A DNA stretch of 64,000 nucleotides from an uncultured Lachnospiraceae bacterium (GCA_964413365.1 CAYPRM010000005.1:1234-65233), one strand, 5' to 3'. Positions 27,519 through 37,371 are shown, counted from the first letter of the stretch. The notes: generated from the sequence alone by a model not told the origin. Made by a program: numbers and translations.

Positions 27519-29177
27519 ATGAACAAGCTTCTTAAAAGATCGTCTTTATTTGAGGGTGTGAAAGGTCCTGTTCTCACGATCGTTATGGACGGCGTGGGAC
27601 TCGCTCCCGACACGGTGTCGAACGCCGTTTCTCAGGCATACACTCCCACTCTCGATATGCTTATGACAAAATATCCGACAGTAAGGCTCAAGGCTCACGG
27701 TACGGCGGTAGGTCTCCCCTCCGACGACGACATGGGCAACAGCGAGGTCGGACACAACGCTCTCGGCTCAGGACAGGTATTTGCGCAGGGTGCAAAACTG
27801 GTCTCGAACTCCATTGAGAGCAAAAAAATGTTCTCCTCCGACACGTGGAGAACGCTCATATCCAACGTCAAGGACAATGGTACAACTCTCCATTTCCTCG
27901 GTCTATTCTCCGACGGAAACGTGCACTCCCACATTGATCACCTCAAGGCAATGCTCGTTGAGGCAAAGGCGGAGGGCGTTCACAGAGTCAGGATTCACAC
28001 GCTCATTGACGGACGCGACGTCGGCGAGACGAGCGCGCTCGATTATATCCTTCCCTTCGAGGATTTTCTCAACTCCCTGAGGGACGACTCCTTCGATGTA
28101 ATGATCGCAAGCGGTGGCGGAAGAATGAAGATAACCATGGACCGCTACGAGGCTAACTGGGCGATGGTCGAGCTTGGCTGGAGGACTCACGTTCTCGGCG
28201 AGGGACGCCGCTTTGCCTGTGCGGCTGATGCGGTAAGGGCTTATCGCGAGGAATACAGAGTAATAGATCAGGATCTGCCCCCGTTCGTTATTGAGGCTGA
28301 CGGCGAGCCTGTCGGAGCTATCGGCGACGGCGACAGCGTGATATTCTACAATTTCCGTGGCGACCGCTCGATAGAGATATCTAAGGCATTTGAGGGCGGT
28401 GCGGACTTCGATAAGTTCGACAGAGTGAGAGTTCCCAATGTGGTATACGCAGGAATGCTCGAGTACGATGGAGATCTTCACATTCCCACAAGATACCTCG
28501 TCGCTCCCCCCGAGATCACCAATACGCTCGGCGAATACCTTGCCGACACGGGCGTTTCACAGCTTGCTATCTCCGAGACGCAGAAGTACGGTCATGTTAC
28601 CTATTTCTGGAACGGAAACAAGAGTGGCAAGTTCTCTGAGGACCTCGAAACATATATCGAGATACCCTCCGATATCGTTCCCTTTGAGCAGAGGCCGTGG
28701 ATGAAGTGCGCGGAGATCACGGACAAGCTTATCGAATGCCTCGAGAGCGGAAAATATGCATATCTTCGTGTAAACTTCCCCAACGGCGATATGGTCGGAC
28801 ACACGGGAAATCTTGAGGCCACGAGATGCTCTATGGAGGCGCTCGACCTTCAGCTCAAGAGGATAATCGACGTCGTTGACAAGCTTCACGGCGTTGCGAT
28901 CATCACCGCAGACCACGGAAACGCTGACGAAATGTACGAAATGGACAAGAAAACGGGACTTCCCAAGCCCGACAAGAACGGTAATTTCAAGTCCAAGACG
29001 AGCCATACGCTCAATCCCGTTCCCTGCATCGTGTACGATAATTTCTATACGGAGCATTACGAGGTCAAGGAGGATCTCGGCACGTTCGGGCTTTCAAATG
29101 TTGCGGCGACCATGGTAAATCTCCTCGGCTACGACGCACCCGAAATGTGGAATGAATCCATTATCAAGCTTAAATAA
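27519..29177 (+). CDS. gpmI: 2,3-bisphosphoglycerate-independent phosphoglycerate mutase (long form)
   Basis: VLTIVMDGVGL...GNSEVGHNALGSG...ADHGNADEM, 552 aa. Confidence 0.9.
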   Translation: MNKLLKRSSLFEGVKGPVLTIVMDGVGLAPDTVSNAVSQAYTPTLDMLMTKYPTVRLKAHGTAVGLPSDDDMGNSEVGHNALGSGQVFAQGAKLVSNSIESKKMFSSDTWRTLISNVKDNGTTLHFLGLFSDGNVHSHIDHLKAMLVEAKAEGVHRVRIHTLIDGRDVGETSALDYILPFEDFLNSLRDDSFDVMIASGGGRMKITMDRYEANWAMVELGWRTHVLGEGRRFACAADAVRAYREEYRVIDQDLPPFVIEADGEPVGAIGDGDSVIFYNFRGDRSIEISKAFEGGADFDKFDRVRVPNVVYAGMLEYDGDLHIPTRYLVAPPEITNTLGEYLADTGVSQLAISETQKYGHVTYFWNGNKSGKFSEDLETYIEIPSDIVPFEQRPWMKCAEITDKLIECLESGKYAYLRVNFPNGDMVGHTGNLEATRCSMEALDLQLKRIIDVVDKLHGVAIITADHGNADEMYEMDKKTGLPKPDKNGNFKSKTSHTLNPVPCIVYDNFYTEHYEVKEDLGTFGLSNVAATMVNLLGYDAPEMWNESIIKLK

Positions 29178-29189
29178 ATCAAAATAAAA

Positions 29190-29215
29190 AAACGGCTCAA
29201 TGAGCCGTTTTTTGT
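29190..29215. terminator. bidirectional terminator between gpmI and the HIT gene
   Basis: AAACGGCT-CAATG-AGCCGTTT flanked by an A-run and a T-run. Confidence 0.75.
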
Positions 29216-29554
29216 TTAAGCCATTTTGTCGGAGAGCTGCGCGCCACCGAGAATGTGGAAATGAAGGTGATGCACGCTCTGGCACGCGTCGTCTCCGCAG
29301 TTGGAGATGACTCTGTACCCGTTCGTGATACCTGCCTCCCTCGCGATCCTCGGAATATTCTCGAATATCTCCGCCACAATGGCGCTGTTGCTCGAATTCA
29401 CCGCATCCACGCTCTCAATGTGCTCCTTCGGTATCACAAGAATGTGCACAGGTGCTTGCGGTGCGATGTCGTAAAAAGCGTATATGTGCTCGTTCTCAAA
29501 CGCACGCCTCGACGGGATCTCTCCCTTTATTATTTTGCAAAATAAGCAATTCAT
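29216..29554 (-). CDS. HIT-family (histidine triad) nucleotide hydrolase
   Basis: MNCLFCKIIKGEIPS...HLHFHILGG. Confidence 0.9.
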   Translation of the reverse strand: MNCLFCKIIKGEIPSRRAFENEHIYAFYDIAPQAPVHILVIPKEHIESVDAVNSSNSAIVAEIFENIPRIAREAGITNGYRVISNCGDDACQSVHHLHFHILGGAQLSDKMA

Positions 29555-29714
29555 ATTTATTCTCCTTATAAAATAATTTCAATGTGAGAAAAGTTCCAAA
29601 TTCTATCAGCTTGAATATGTTTGGATCACCAATGGGGGTAATATCTGTTATCTCCTCTACCAAATCGGAGTCAAAATATCTAATGGTTAGATCATCAAGC
29701 TTGCTAAATTGCAT
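29496..29714 (-). other. doubtful 72-aa ORF / gene remnant in an AT-rich island, overlapping the HIT gene start by 59 nt
   Basis: MQFSKLDDLTIRYFDSDLVEEITDITPIGDPNIFKLIEF... It has a weak RBS and no recognisable family, and its 3' end reads through the HIT RBS and N-terminus. Confidence 0.2.
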
Positions 29715-29908
29715 ATTTTCCACTCTCTCAATTTTATTGTAGCACAAGCTCCGTTCCCTGTCAAGAATTTTGTTCAAATAAAGGTATTTTTTGCAATATT
29801 GCACAAGTTTATATAGGCAATTTACACATTCATGAAAAAAGGTATATATCTTGATCATTCATTTTCAAGACTTCCTTACATACAGGCAAACAAATATGCG
29901 AGAAAATC

Positions 29909-29937
29909 TTGATATTTTCTTATTTTCGTGATATAAT
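29909..29937 (+). promoter_or_regulatory. sigma-A promoter of the FkbM-type methyltransferase gene
   Basis: TTGATA, 17 nt, TGaTATAAT. Confidence 0.5.
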
Positions 29938-29976
29938 TTGGGTTAGGAAAAGTCAAATTTGAGGTGGCGGTGGAAT

Positions 29977-31068
29977 ATGAAGGTCAATATAAAAGCGGAT
30001 CTCTGGCACTATCTTCAGAACGTGGGGAGACCGATAGTTATGTACGGAATGGGCAACGGTGCGGACAAGATCCTTCGCGTTTGCGAGAAGTACGGCATTG
30101 AGGTGGCGGATTTCTTTGCGAGCGACGGATTTGTACGTGGGCACTCCTTCCACGGGAAGGTGGTGCTGTCCTACTCGGCGATGAAGGAGAAATACGTCGG
30201 GCAAGAGCCTATAATACTGCTCTCATTTGCCTCATCGCGTCCCGAGGTGCTAGAGCTTTTCGGGCGTGTGGGAGCGGAATTTGAATTTTATGCGCCCGAT
30301 GTGCCCGTTTTCGGAGATGTGCTATTCAATATGGAATTTTTCGAGGCGAACAAGGCTCGCCTTGAGGCGGTATATGCTTCCCTTGCGGATGAGGAATCAA
30401 GGAGGATATACGAGAATGTGATATCCTACAAGCTCAGTGGTGATATCTCGTATCTCTGGGAATCGGAGAGCAAGAGGGGCGAGGTATTTGACAGCATACT
30501 CAGGTCCTCGGAGATCGGGAGCTATCTCGACCTTGGAGCATACAACGGGGACACGGTAAGGGAGCTTATCGGCGTCGCGCCATCGCTCACTCAGGTAATA
30601 GCACTTGAGCCGGACGCGCGCACCTTCAAAAAGCTCACAGAATACGCAGGGAGCGTTTCGGGCATCGACATACGCTGTGTAAATGCAGGTGCGTGGAGCG
30701 AATGTGGCACTCTCTCCTTTGATGCGAGCGGGAACAGAAATTCGGGCATCTCCAGCTCCCCTGCCCACGCAGGTGCTAAGCTCTCGCAGGTCGAGGTCGT
30801 ATCGGTGGACAGTCTACTCTCGGGCAAGGGTGTAGACTACATAAAATACGACGTCGAGGGCTCGGAGCGGCAGGCTCTGCTCGGCTCGGCTGAGACGATA
30901 AGGCGGTATTCGCCGCGGTTGCTCGTCTCCCTCTATCACAGAAGTGAGGATCTCTTTGATCTGCCCGAGCTCGTGCACGAGCTTTGCGGTGAATACTCGC
31001 TCTATCTGCGGAGATTTCCCTACATTCCTGCGTGGGATCTCAATCTCTATGCGATAAAGGAAAAATAA
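29977..31068 (+). CDS. FkbM-family SAM-dependent methyltransferase with N-terminal Rossmann-like domain
   Basis: ATG 29977 follows GAGGTGG. LDLGAYNGDT and YIKYDVEGSERQALLG are typical of Methyltransf_21/FkbM. Confidence 0.75.
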   Translation: MKVNIKADLWHYLQNVGRPIVMYGMGNGADKILRVCEKYGIEVADFFASDGFVRGHSFHGKVVLSYSAMKEKYVGQEPIILLSFASSRPEVLELFGRVGAEFEFYAPDVPVFGDVLFNMEFFEANKARLEAVYASLADEESRRIYENVISYKLSGDISYLWESESKRGEVFDSILRSSEIGSYLDLGAYNGDTVRELIGVAPSLTQVIALEPDARTFKKLTEYAGSVSGIDIRCVNAGAWSECGTLSFDASGNRNSGISSSPAHAGAKLSQVEVVSVDSLLSGKGVDYIKYDVEGSERQALLGSAETIRRYSPRLLVSLYHRSEDLFDLPELVHELCGEYSLYLRRFPYIPAWDLNLYAIKEK

Positions 31069-31213
31069 CAATATTTCAAAGTCATTCGAGGTATCGAATG
31101 GCTTTGCTTTTTGAAAGGTGGGGTTTTGGGGTAAAAGATTGACACTTTTTTCACAATATACAAATTTTATAGGAAAATGAGCAAAATATTTGTATATTTC
31201 GTCAAAAATGCGG

Positions 31214-31242
31214 TTGACATTTTGAATTTACTTTGATATAAT
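31214..31242 (+). promoter_or_regulatory. sigma-A promoter of the rnf operon
   Basis: TTGACA, 17 nt, TGaTATAAT. Confidence 0.6.
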
Positions 31243-31280
31243 TAATCTGTCACATTTTATTAAACCAAGGAGTGAAAAAA

Positions 31281-32594
31281 TTGCCTTTATTTAAATTGCC
31301 GGGAGTTTCCCTACCGCACAAAAAAGGGACTGCAAAAATGCCTCCCGTGATAATGCCATCCCCTGCAAGCGTGCTCATACCCACGTCGATGCACATAGGC
31401 GCACCTGCTACGCCGACGGTCAAGGTCGGTGATACCGTTACGGTAGGACAGGTCATTGCAGAGGCATCGGGCTACGTTTCCGCAAGGATACATTCGAGCG
31501 TTTCGGGTAAGGTCAAGAGCACGGACACAGCCGTTCTCTCAAACGGAAGGAAAATACCCTCGATACTCATCGAGAGTGACGGACTCGACACACCCTGCCC
31601 CGAGCTTTCGCCAAGGAGCGTTACCAACGCTGAGGAGCTAATAGCCGCAGTTAAGGACAGCGGTATCGTCGGTCTCGGAGGCGCAGGCTTCCCCACCGCA
31701 GTAAAGCTCAACGTAAAGAGCGTTGACGAGATCATAATCAACGGTGCTGAGTGCGAGCCCTACATAACGAGCGACACGCGCACGATGCTCGACAGGACGG
31801 ACGATCTCATGAACGGGATCATGCTGCTCAGAAAATGTCTCAAGCCGAAGAGGATCATCATCGGTATCGAGAACAACAAGCCTGAGTGCATCTCAGTCCT
31901 CCGCGAGCGTCTTTCCTCAATGGAGAGCGTGGAGGTCGTGCCCCTCAAGTCAATGTACCCACAGGGCGGTGAGAAGGTGCTCGTTTACCACACCACGGGA
32001 AAGATCATTCCCGAGGGCAAGCTTCCTCTCGATGTCGGAGTTATAGTTATAAACTGTACGACTCTCACAGAGATCGCATCCTTCATAAGAACGGGTATGC
32101 CCCTTGTGAAAAAGTGCGTTACCGTTGACGGCGGTGCGGTGGCAGAGCCCAAAAACGTGATCGCTCCCATCGGCACAAGGATCTCGGATCTCGTCGCTTT
32201 TGCAGGTGGTGTTTCCGAGGAGCCGTCAAAGATACTTCTCGGCGGTCCTATGATGGGTGTTGCGGTCGAGAGCATGGAGATGCCTATAATGAAGAATACG
32301 AACGCAGTTCTCCTTTTCAACGCTAAGGAGGCGTGCGTTCCCGAACCTACCGCCTGCATCAAGTGCGGCAGGTGCACGAATGCGTGCCCTCTCGGTCTGG
32401 ACCCCAAGGCATTCGTTCAGGCACTCAGAGCAGGAGATGACGAGGCTCTCGTAGCCCTCAAGGCAAACATCTGCATGGAATGTGGCTGCTGCTCGTTCGT
32501 TTGCCCTGCAAAGCGTCAGCTCGTGCACACTAACAAGATAGCAAAGGCTAAGGTAATGAAGATACTTAAGGAACGTAAGGAGGCGAGCAAGTAA
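31281..32594 (+). CDS. rnfC: Rnf electron transport complex subunit C
   Basis: The ORF track starts at GTG 31272, which overlaps the AAGGAG RBS. TTG 31281 has 9-nt spacing, so I prefer it. Motifs GLGGAGFPT and two ferredoxin motifs CIKCGRCTNACP / CMECGCCSFVCP are present. Confidence 0.9.
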   Translation: MPLFKLPGVSLPHKKGTAKMPPVIMPSPASVLIPTSMHIGAPATPTVKVGDTVTVGQVIAEASGYVSARIHSSVSGKVKSTDTAVLSNGRKIPSILIESDGLDTPCPELSPRSVTNAEELIAAVKDSGIVGLGGAGFPTAVKLNVKSVDEIIINGAECEPYITSDTRTMLDRTDDLMNGIMLLRKCLKPKRIIIGIENNKPECISVLRERLSSMESVEVVPLKSMYPQGGEKVLVYHTTGKIIPEGKLPLDVGVIVINCTTLTEIASFIRTGMPLVKKCVTVDGGAVAEPKNVIAPIGTRISDLVAFAGGVSEEPSKILLGGPMMGVAVESMEMPIMKNTNAVLLFNAKEACVPEPTACIKCGRCTNACPLGLDPKAFVQALRAGDDEALVALKANICMECGCCSFVCPAKRQLVHTNKIAKAKVMKILKERKEASK

Positions 32595-33553
32595 TGGATA
32601 AGCTTTTGGTCGTATCTCCCTCCCCTCACATAAGGCACAGCAGGACGACGACGTCCGTCATGGGAACGGTGCTCATTGCTCTGCTCCCCACGGCGATAGC
32701 GTCGGTGATACTCTTTGGAGTACGCGCGCTGCTCATTCTCATAGTTTCAAATCTCTCGTGCTTCCTGCTTGAGCTTGGCTGGTGCAAGCTCAGAAAGCAG
32801 AAGAGCACGGTCAAGGATCTCTCCTGCTTCGTAACGGGAACGCTCCTTGCGCTCACTCTCCCTGCAAGCTTCGGAGAGTTCAAAAATCTGTGGACGATAG
32901 TCATCGGTGCTATCATCGCAATAATAGTAGTTAAGGAATTCTTCGGCGGAATAGGCTATAATTTTGCCAACCCTGCCATCACCGCAAGGATCGCGATGCT
33001 CGTATGCTTCCCGAGCCTCATGAGTGCGACGGATCATACGCTCTTTACCGATCCTGCGATCGCGTCGGGTGCTACTCCCCTCGGAGATCTCGCACTTGGC
33101 AACACGGAGCTTCTCCCCTCCCTTACCGATATGCTCATCGGCAACAGAGCAGGTGCTATCGGCGAGGGCTGTGCGATAACGCTCATAATTGGCGGTATAA
33201 TCCTCATTGCCACGGGAATTATCAGCTGGCATATCCCCGTATCCTTCGTCGGAACGGTGGCGGTGTTCACATTCCTCTGCGGCGGTCTCTCGCTTGAGAC
33301 GTCAGCCTTCCACATTCTCGCGGGCGGTCTGCTCATCGGTGCTATCTACATGGCTACCGACTATGTTACCAGCCCCGATACGGCGTGGGGCAAGCTCATT
33401 TTCGGTATCGGTTGCGGCGTGATAACCTCGCTCATTCGTATATGGGGCGCGTATCCCGAGGGAGTTTCCTTCGCTATACTTCTTATGAACATACTCAATC
33501 CCTACATAATCAAGCTTACGAGAAGAAAGCCCTTTGGAGGTGTCAAACAATGA
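32594..33553 (+). CDS. rnfD: Rnf complex subunit D
   Basis: Polytopic NqrB/RnfD-like protein with ...MATDYVTSP.... Confidence 0.9.
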   Translation: MDKLLVVSPSPHIRHSRTTTSVMGTVLIALLPTAIASVILFGVRALLILIVSNLSCFLLELGWCKLRKQKSTVKDLSCFVTGTLLALTLPASFGEFKNLWTIVIGAIIAIIVVKEFFGGIGYNFANPAITARIAMLVCFPSLMSATDHTLFTDPAIASGATPLGDLALGNTELLPSLTDMLIGNRAGAIGEGCAITLIIGGIILIATGIISWHIPVSFVGTVAVFTFLCGGLSLETSAFHILAGGLLIGAIYMATDYVTSPDTAWGKLIFGIGCGVITSLIRIWGAYPEGVSFAILLMNILNPYIIKLTRRKPFGGVKQ

Positions 33554-34101
33554 AAAACGATAATCTGAAGGCGATAATAGTTCTGCTCGTCGCGTGCCTT
33601 GTTGTGGCGGTGCTCCTTGCAGGTGTAAATACCATCACAAAGGACAGGATCGCAGAGGCTAACGAGCAGAAGATCAAGGAATCCCTCTCGGGGCTTATTG
33701 ACGGCGTAACGGTCGACAGCTACGTACAGCTGACGGACGAGGAGCTTTCCGTTCTCCCCGAGGATGTGGCAGGCTCTATCGAGGCGGCGTTCCGCGACAA
33801 GGACGGCAGGGGCTGGGCATTCATATTCACGGCAAAATCCTCATTCTCCTCCAACGGTCCGATGAAATATTCCGTCGGAATCGATCCCGAGGGCAGGATA
33901 TGCGGCTTTTGCGAGATAGAATATATGGAGTCCCAGAATTTCGGAGACGGCTTCCCCTCCAATTTCGATGGCAAGGATGCTTCTGAGGTGTCAGGATTTG
34001 ACGTGGGTGCGCTCAAGACGGGTGCTACCTTCTCGGCAAAGGCGTTCAAGGCAGGGCTTGAAAACGCACTCCGTGCGTTTGAGCTTCTGAGCAGGAGCTA
34101 A
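33550..34101 (+). CDS. rnfG: Rnf complex subunit G (FMN-binding)
   Basis: ATG 33550 (ATGA overlap with the rnfD stop). N-terminal TM helix and flavinylation-type motif TGATFSAKA. The longer ORF start at 33385 lies inside rnfD. Confidence 0.9.
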   Translation: MKNDNLKAIIVLLVACLVVAVLLAGVNTITKDRIAEANEQKIKESLSGLIDGVTVDSYVQLTDEELSVLPEDVAGSIEAAFRDKDGRGWAFIFTAKSSFSSNGPMKYSVGIDPEGRICGFCEIEYMESQNFGDGFPSNFDGKDASEVSGFDVGALKTGATFSAKAFKAGLENALRAFELLSRS

Positions 34102-34119
34102 AGGAGGATCAGGATCAAA

Positions 34120-34833
34120 ATGAACAAAAAGCTACAAACCCTTACTAAGGGTATCATAAAAGAAAATCCCGTGCTTGTGCTCGTGCTCGGAACATGTCCG
34201 ACGCTCGCCGTTACCACGGGCGTAATATCCGCGATCAGCATGGGCCTCTCCACGCTTGCGGTTCTCGTCTGCTCCAATATGGCAATATCCGCTCTGCGCA
34301 AGGTCATTCCCGACAAGGTCAGGATCCCTGCGTACATAGTCATAATCGCAGGCTTTGTAAGTGCGATACAGATGCTCCTTCAGGCGTTCCTGCCCGACGT
34401 ATACAAGCTTCTCGGCGTATACCTCGCGCTCATCGTCGTAAACTGCATCATTCTCGGACGTGCGGAGATGTTCGCAAACAAAAACAATGTGGTCGACTCG
34501 GCACTTGACGGACTCGGCATGGGGCTTGGATTTACCCTGACTCTCTTTGTCATGTCCCTCATACGTGAGGTGCTCGGAAAAGCGTCCTTTGCAGGCATCG
34601 CAATTCCCTTCCTTGAGCCATACAAGCTTCCGATACTCGCAAGTGCCCCCGGCGGCTTCTTCGTGTTCGGTATGCTCATAGCACTCGTTACGATAATAAC
34701 ACGCGGAGAATATCCCAAGAAAAAGAGCTTCGGCTGTGAGGGCTGTCCCTCCGCCGCTACCTGTGCCAAGGCTCAGGCAGGCGTTCCCTGCGAGGGCGAC
34801 GCGACTGACGAAGGTGAGGTGGAGACGAAATGA
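34120..34833 (+). CDS. rnfE: Rnf complex subunit E
   Basis: LTKGIIKENPVLVLVLGTCPTLAVTT.... Confidence 0.9.
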   Translation: MNKKLQTLTKGIIKENPVLVLVLGTCPTLAVTTGVISAISMGLSTLAVLVCSNMAISALRKVIPDKVRIPAYIVIIAGFVSAIQMLLQAFLPDVYKLLGVYLALIVVNCIILGRAEMFANKNNVVDSALDGLGMGLGFTLTLFVMSLIREVLGKASFAGIAIPFLEPYKLPILASAPGGFFVFGMLIALVTIITRGEYPKKKSFGCEGCPSAATCAKAQAGVPCEGDATDEGEVETK

Positions 34834-35423
34834 AATCACTCATAATCATTCTTATGTCGTCGATACTCGTCAATAACTACACGCTCTCCAAGTTCCTTGG
34901 CATCTGCCCCTTCCTCGGTGTTTCCAAAAAGACCGATCAGGCTACGGGCATGGGTATTGCCGTAACTGCGGTAATGGTCGTTGCGGCAGGCGTAACGTGG
35001 CCGATACAGACCTACGTGCTCGATCCTCTCGGGCTTGGGTTCTTACAGACGATAGTTTTCATTCTTGTTATCGCTACGCTCGTTCAGTTCGTTGAGATCG
35101 TGCTGAAGAAATACATTCCCGCGCTCCACAAGTCGCTCGGTGTCTACCTTCCGCTCATCACGACAAACTGCGCGGTGCTCGGCGTTACGATCAACAATAT
35201 CTCCGACGGCTACGGCTTCGTTGAGTCGATATTCTCGGCACTCGGCTGCGGTCTCGGATTCCTGCTTGCGATGGTGCTGTTTGCAGGCGTCAGAAGCGTG
35301 CTTGAGGGCAACGACAAGATGCCCAAGGCGCTCTCGGGGCTTCCCATCACGCTTATCGCCGCGTCGATAGTTTCGCTCTCATTTATGGGCTTTGGCGGAA
35401 TAATCGAAAATCTGTTTGCATAA
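34830..35423 (+). CDS. rnfA: Rnf complex subunit A
   Basis: ILVNNYTLSKFLGICPFLGVSKK.... Confidence 0.9.
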   Translation: MKSLIIILMSSILVNNYTLSKFLGICPFLGVSKKTDQATGMGIAVTAVMVVAAGVTWPIQTYVLDPLGLGFLQTIVFILVIATLVQFVEIVLKKYIPALHKSLGVYLPLITTNCAVLGVTINNISDGYGFVESIFSALGCGLGFLLAMVLFAGVRSVLEGNDKMPKALSGLPITLIAASIVSLSFMGFGGIIENLFA

Positions 35424-35436
35424 GGAGGTTGACGCT

Positions 35437-36261
35437 ATGACTGAAATTTTGATCGCCGCGGCTCTCGTTGGCGGTATCGGACTTCTGTGTGCGGTAATAC
35501 TCGTGCTTGCGGCAAAATTTATGAGCGTTCCCGAGGACGAAAGGTTCCCTGCGGTGCGTGAATGTCTCCCGGGTGCAAACTGCGGTGCGTGCGGATACAC
35601 GGGCTGTGACGGATATGCGAAGGCTCTTATCGACGATCCTAACGTAAAATGCAATCTCTGTGTTCCCGGTGGTGATGCGACGGCGCAAAAGCTCGGTGCG
35701 ATCCTTGGCAAGGAGGTCGAGGACGTTGTTGAGATGGTGGCTGTCGTCAAGTGCGACGGCAACTGCTCCGCTGTCAAGCAGAGATTTGAATACAAGGGTG
35801 TAAAGACCTGCGAGGCGGCAAATATGTTCTACGGCGGCTCGGGCACGTGCTCGTTCGGCTGTATGGGCTTTGGCGACTGCGCGGCGGCGTGCCCTCAGGG
35901 TGCTATATGCATTGAAAACGGTGTGGCAGTCGTAAGAAGCGAGCTTTGCATCGGCTGTGGACTCTGCACCAAGGTATGCCCCCACCACGTAATTGAGGTA
36001 ATGCCCGACGTAAACAGGACGCTCGTGCTCTGCTCAAGCCATGATAAGGGTGCTATCACTCGCAAGTTCTGCTCGAACGGCTGTATAGGCTGTGGCAAGT
36101 GCACAAGGACCTGCCCGAACGGTGCTATCACGCTCGTGAACAATCTCGCGACGATAGATTACGAGAAGTGCACGAACTGCGGCGCTTGCCGTGAGGCGTG
36201 CCCCGTGCATTGCATAGTTGAAAAGGATATATCGGGTATTTACAGGATCCCCAAAAAATAA
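35437..36261 (+). CDS. rnfB: Rnf complex subunit B (polyferredoxin)
   Basis: ATG 35437 follows GGAGG. LPGANCGACGYTGCDGYA plus several CxxCxxCxxxCP motifs. Confidence 0.9.
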   Translation: MTEILIAAALVGGIGLLCAVILVLAAKFMSVPEDERFPAVRECLPGANCGACGYTGCDGYAKALIDDPNVKCNLCVPGGDATAQKLGAILGKEVEDVVEMVAVVKCDGNCSAVKQRFEYKGVKTCEAANMFYGGSGTCSFGCMGFGDCAAACPQGAICIENGVAVVRSELCIGCGLCTKVCPHHVIEVMPDVNRTLVLCSSHDKGAITRKFCSNGCIGCGKCTRTCPNGAITLVNNLATIDYEKCTNCGACREACPVHCIVEKDISGIYRIPKK

Positions 36262-36271
36262 AAGCAAATAA

Positions 36272-36310
36272 AAAATATTCCTCATTGACTGCTCAATGAG
36301 GAATATTTTT
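36272..36310. terminator. 15-bp-stem bidirectional hairpin shared by rnfB (+) and rnpB (-)
   Basis: AATATTCCTCATTGA-CTGC-TCAATGAGGAATATT with A-rich sequence upstream and T-rich sequence downstream. It abuts the RNase P RNA 3' end. Confidence 0.75.
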
Positions 36311-36669
36311 GTAATCGCGTCTATAAGCCGGGTTCTGTCTTAAACGGTCATCTATCTTCGCTTGCCGTCGCCGACAAGCTTCGGGGGTTTATTCCCGTGC
36401 CACCCTGCAGATATATGTCGGGCAAACATCTGCGCTCGGTGTTGCTTCGAGTAGGGTTTACAGCGGATCTATGTTACCATAGAAACGGGTGAGCTCTTAC
36501 CTCGCCTTTCCATCCTTGCTCGCCTTGCGGCGGGCGGTCTATTTCTGTTGCACTTTCCCGGCAGTCGCCTGCGGCTGACGTTATCAGCTACTCTGCCCTA
36601 TGAAGCCCGGACTTTCCTCACGATAACACCTTTCGGCAACATATCGCGCGACCGTTCGGCGCGGTTACT
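36311..36669 (-). ncRNA. rnpB: RNase P RNA (bacterial type A-like)
   Basis: Minus strand contains GAGGAAAGTCCGGGCTTCATAGGGCAGAGTAG, GGTAAGAGCTCACC and ACAGAACCCGGCTTAT, with complementary 5' and 3' ends (P1). The ends are approximate. Confidence 0.9.
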
Positions 36670-36699
36670 CATAAATTATAATATAATTTTTCCGAAATG

Positions 36700-37365
36700 T
36701 CAAGCCTCTTTTTTATCCGATACACGTATCTGTGGTATTCGTGCGACAAAGCACGCGCAGACGGCGGTTATGACTATCTCGGGGAGCATATACAGTCCAT
36801 TATATATTACGGAATATACAAGTGCAAGAAGGCTCGGCGAGAGGCTCTCTACAAGTGCTTGACCCCACGCAGGAAATCCGTCCTGCGTAAAGAACCACTC
36901 CGCCCACGTGCCAAAGAATATCGCACCCGACACTATATGCGTAAGGTAGCGCAGGGAGAGTGCAACGGTACTGCCGAGGCAGAGCGCACGCGCCTTGGGG
37001 AATTTTGTGCGGAACGCTCCGCCAAGTCCCAAAAATGTGTAAGCAAGGACATAATCGAGCAGGCAGACGAGCACAGCACGCCACCAGACCATCTGCGAGT
37101 CCCCAGGCAGGAAGAATGCGCTGACGGTATTGAAGCTTATAAGCATCTGCAGGATCGAGTAGGTGAAGGCGGTGAGCAGTCCCCAGCCAGTGCCGTACAT
37201 ATACGCCACGACGATGATCGGTAGCATACTTGCCACCGTAAATCCGCCTCCAAATGGCAGATTCAAAAACGGTATTGCCTCGCATATCAGCGAGATGACC
37301 ACGGAAAACGCGATCATAACGGCGCTGACGCATATCATCTGCGCCCTTTTTCTGTTTTCGTTCAT
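36700..37365 (-). CDS. thiT: thiamine ECF-transporter S component ThiT/YuaJ family
   Basis: Six-helix membrane protein preceded by a TPP riboswitch. ATG 37365 follows GGAGG. Confidence 0.8.
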   Translation of the reverse strand: MNENRKRAQMICVSAVMIAFSVVISLICEAIPFLNLPFGGGFTVASMLPIIVVAYMYGTGWGLLTAFTYSILQMLISFNTVSAFFLPGDSQMVWWRAVLVCLLDYVLAYTFLGLGGAFRTKFPKARALCLGSTVALSLRYLTHIVSGAIFFGTWAEWFFTQDGFPAWGQALVESLSPSLLALVYSVIYNGLYMLPEIVITAVCACFVARIPQIRVSDKKEA

Positions 37366-37371
37366 AGAAAA

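Noticed and set aside
36548-37224. Plus-strand ORFs 36548..36862 and 36697..37224.
   Set aside because: The first lies on the RNase P RNA gene and the second is antisense to thiT. Both regions are fully explained by those features.
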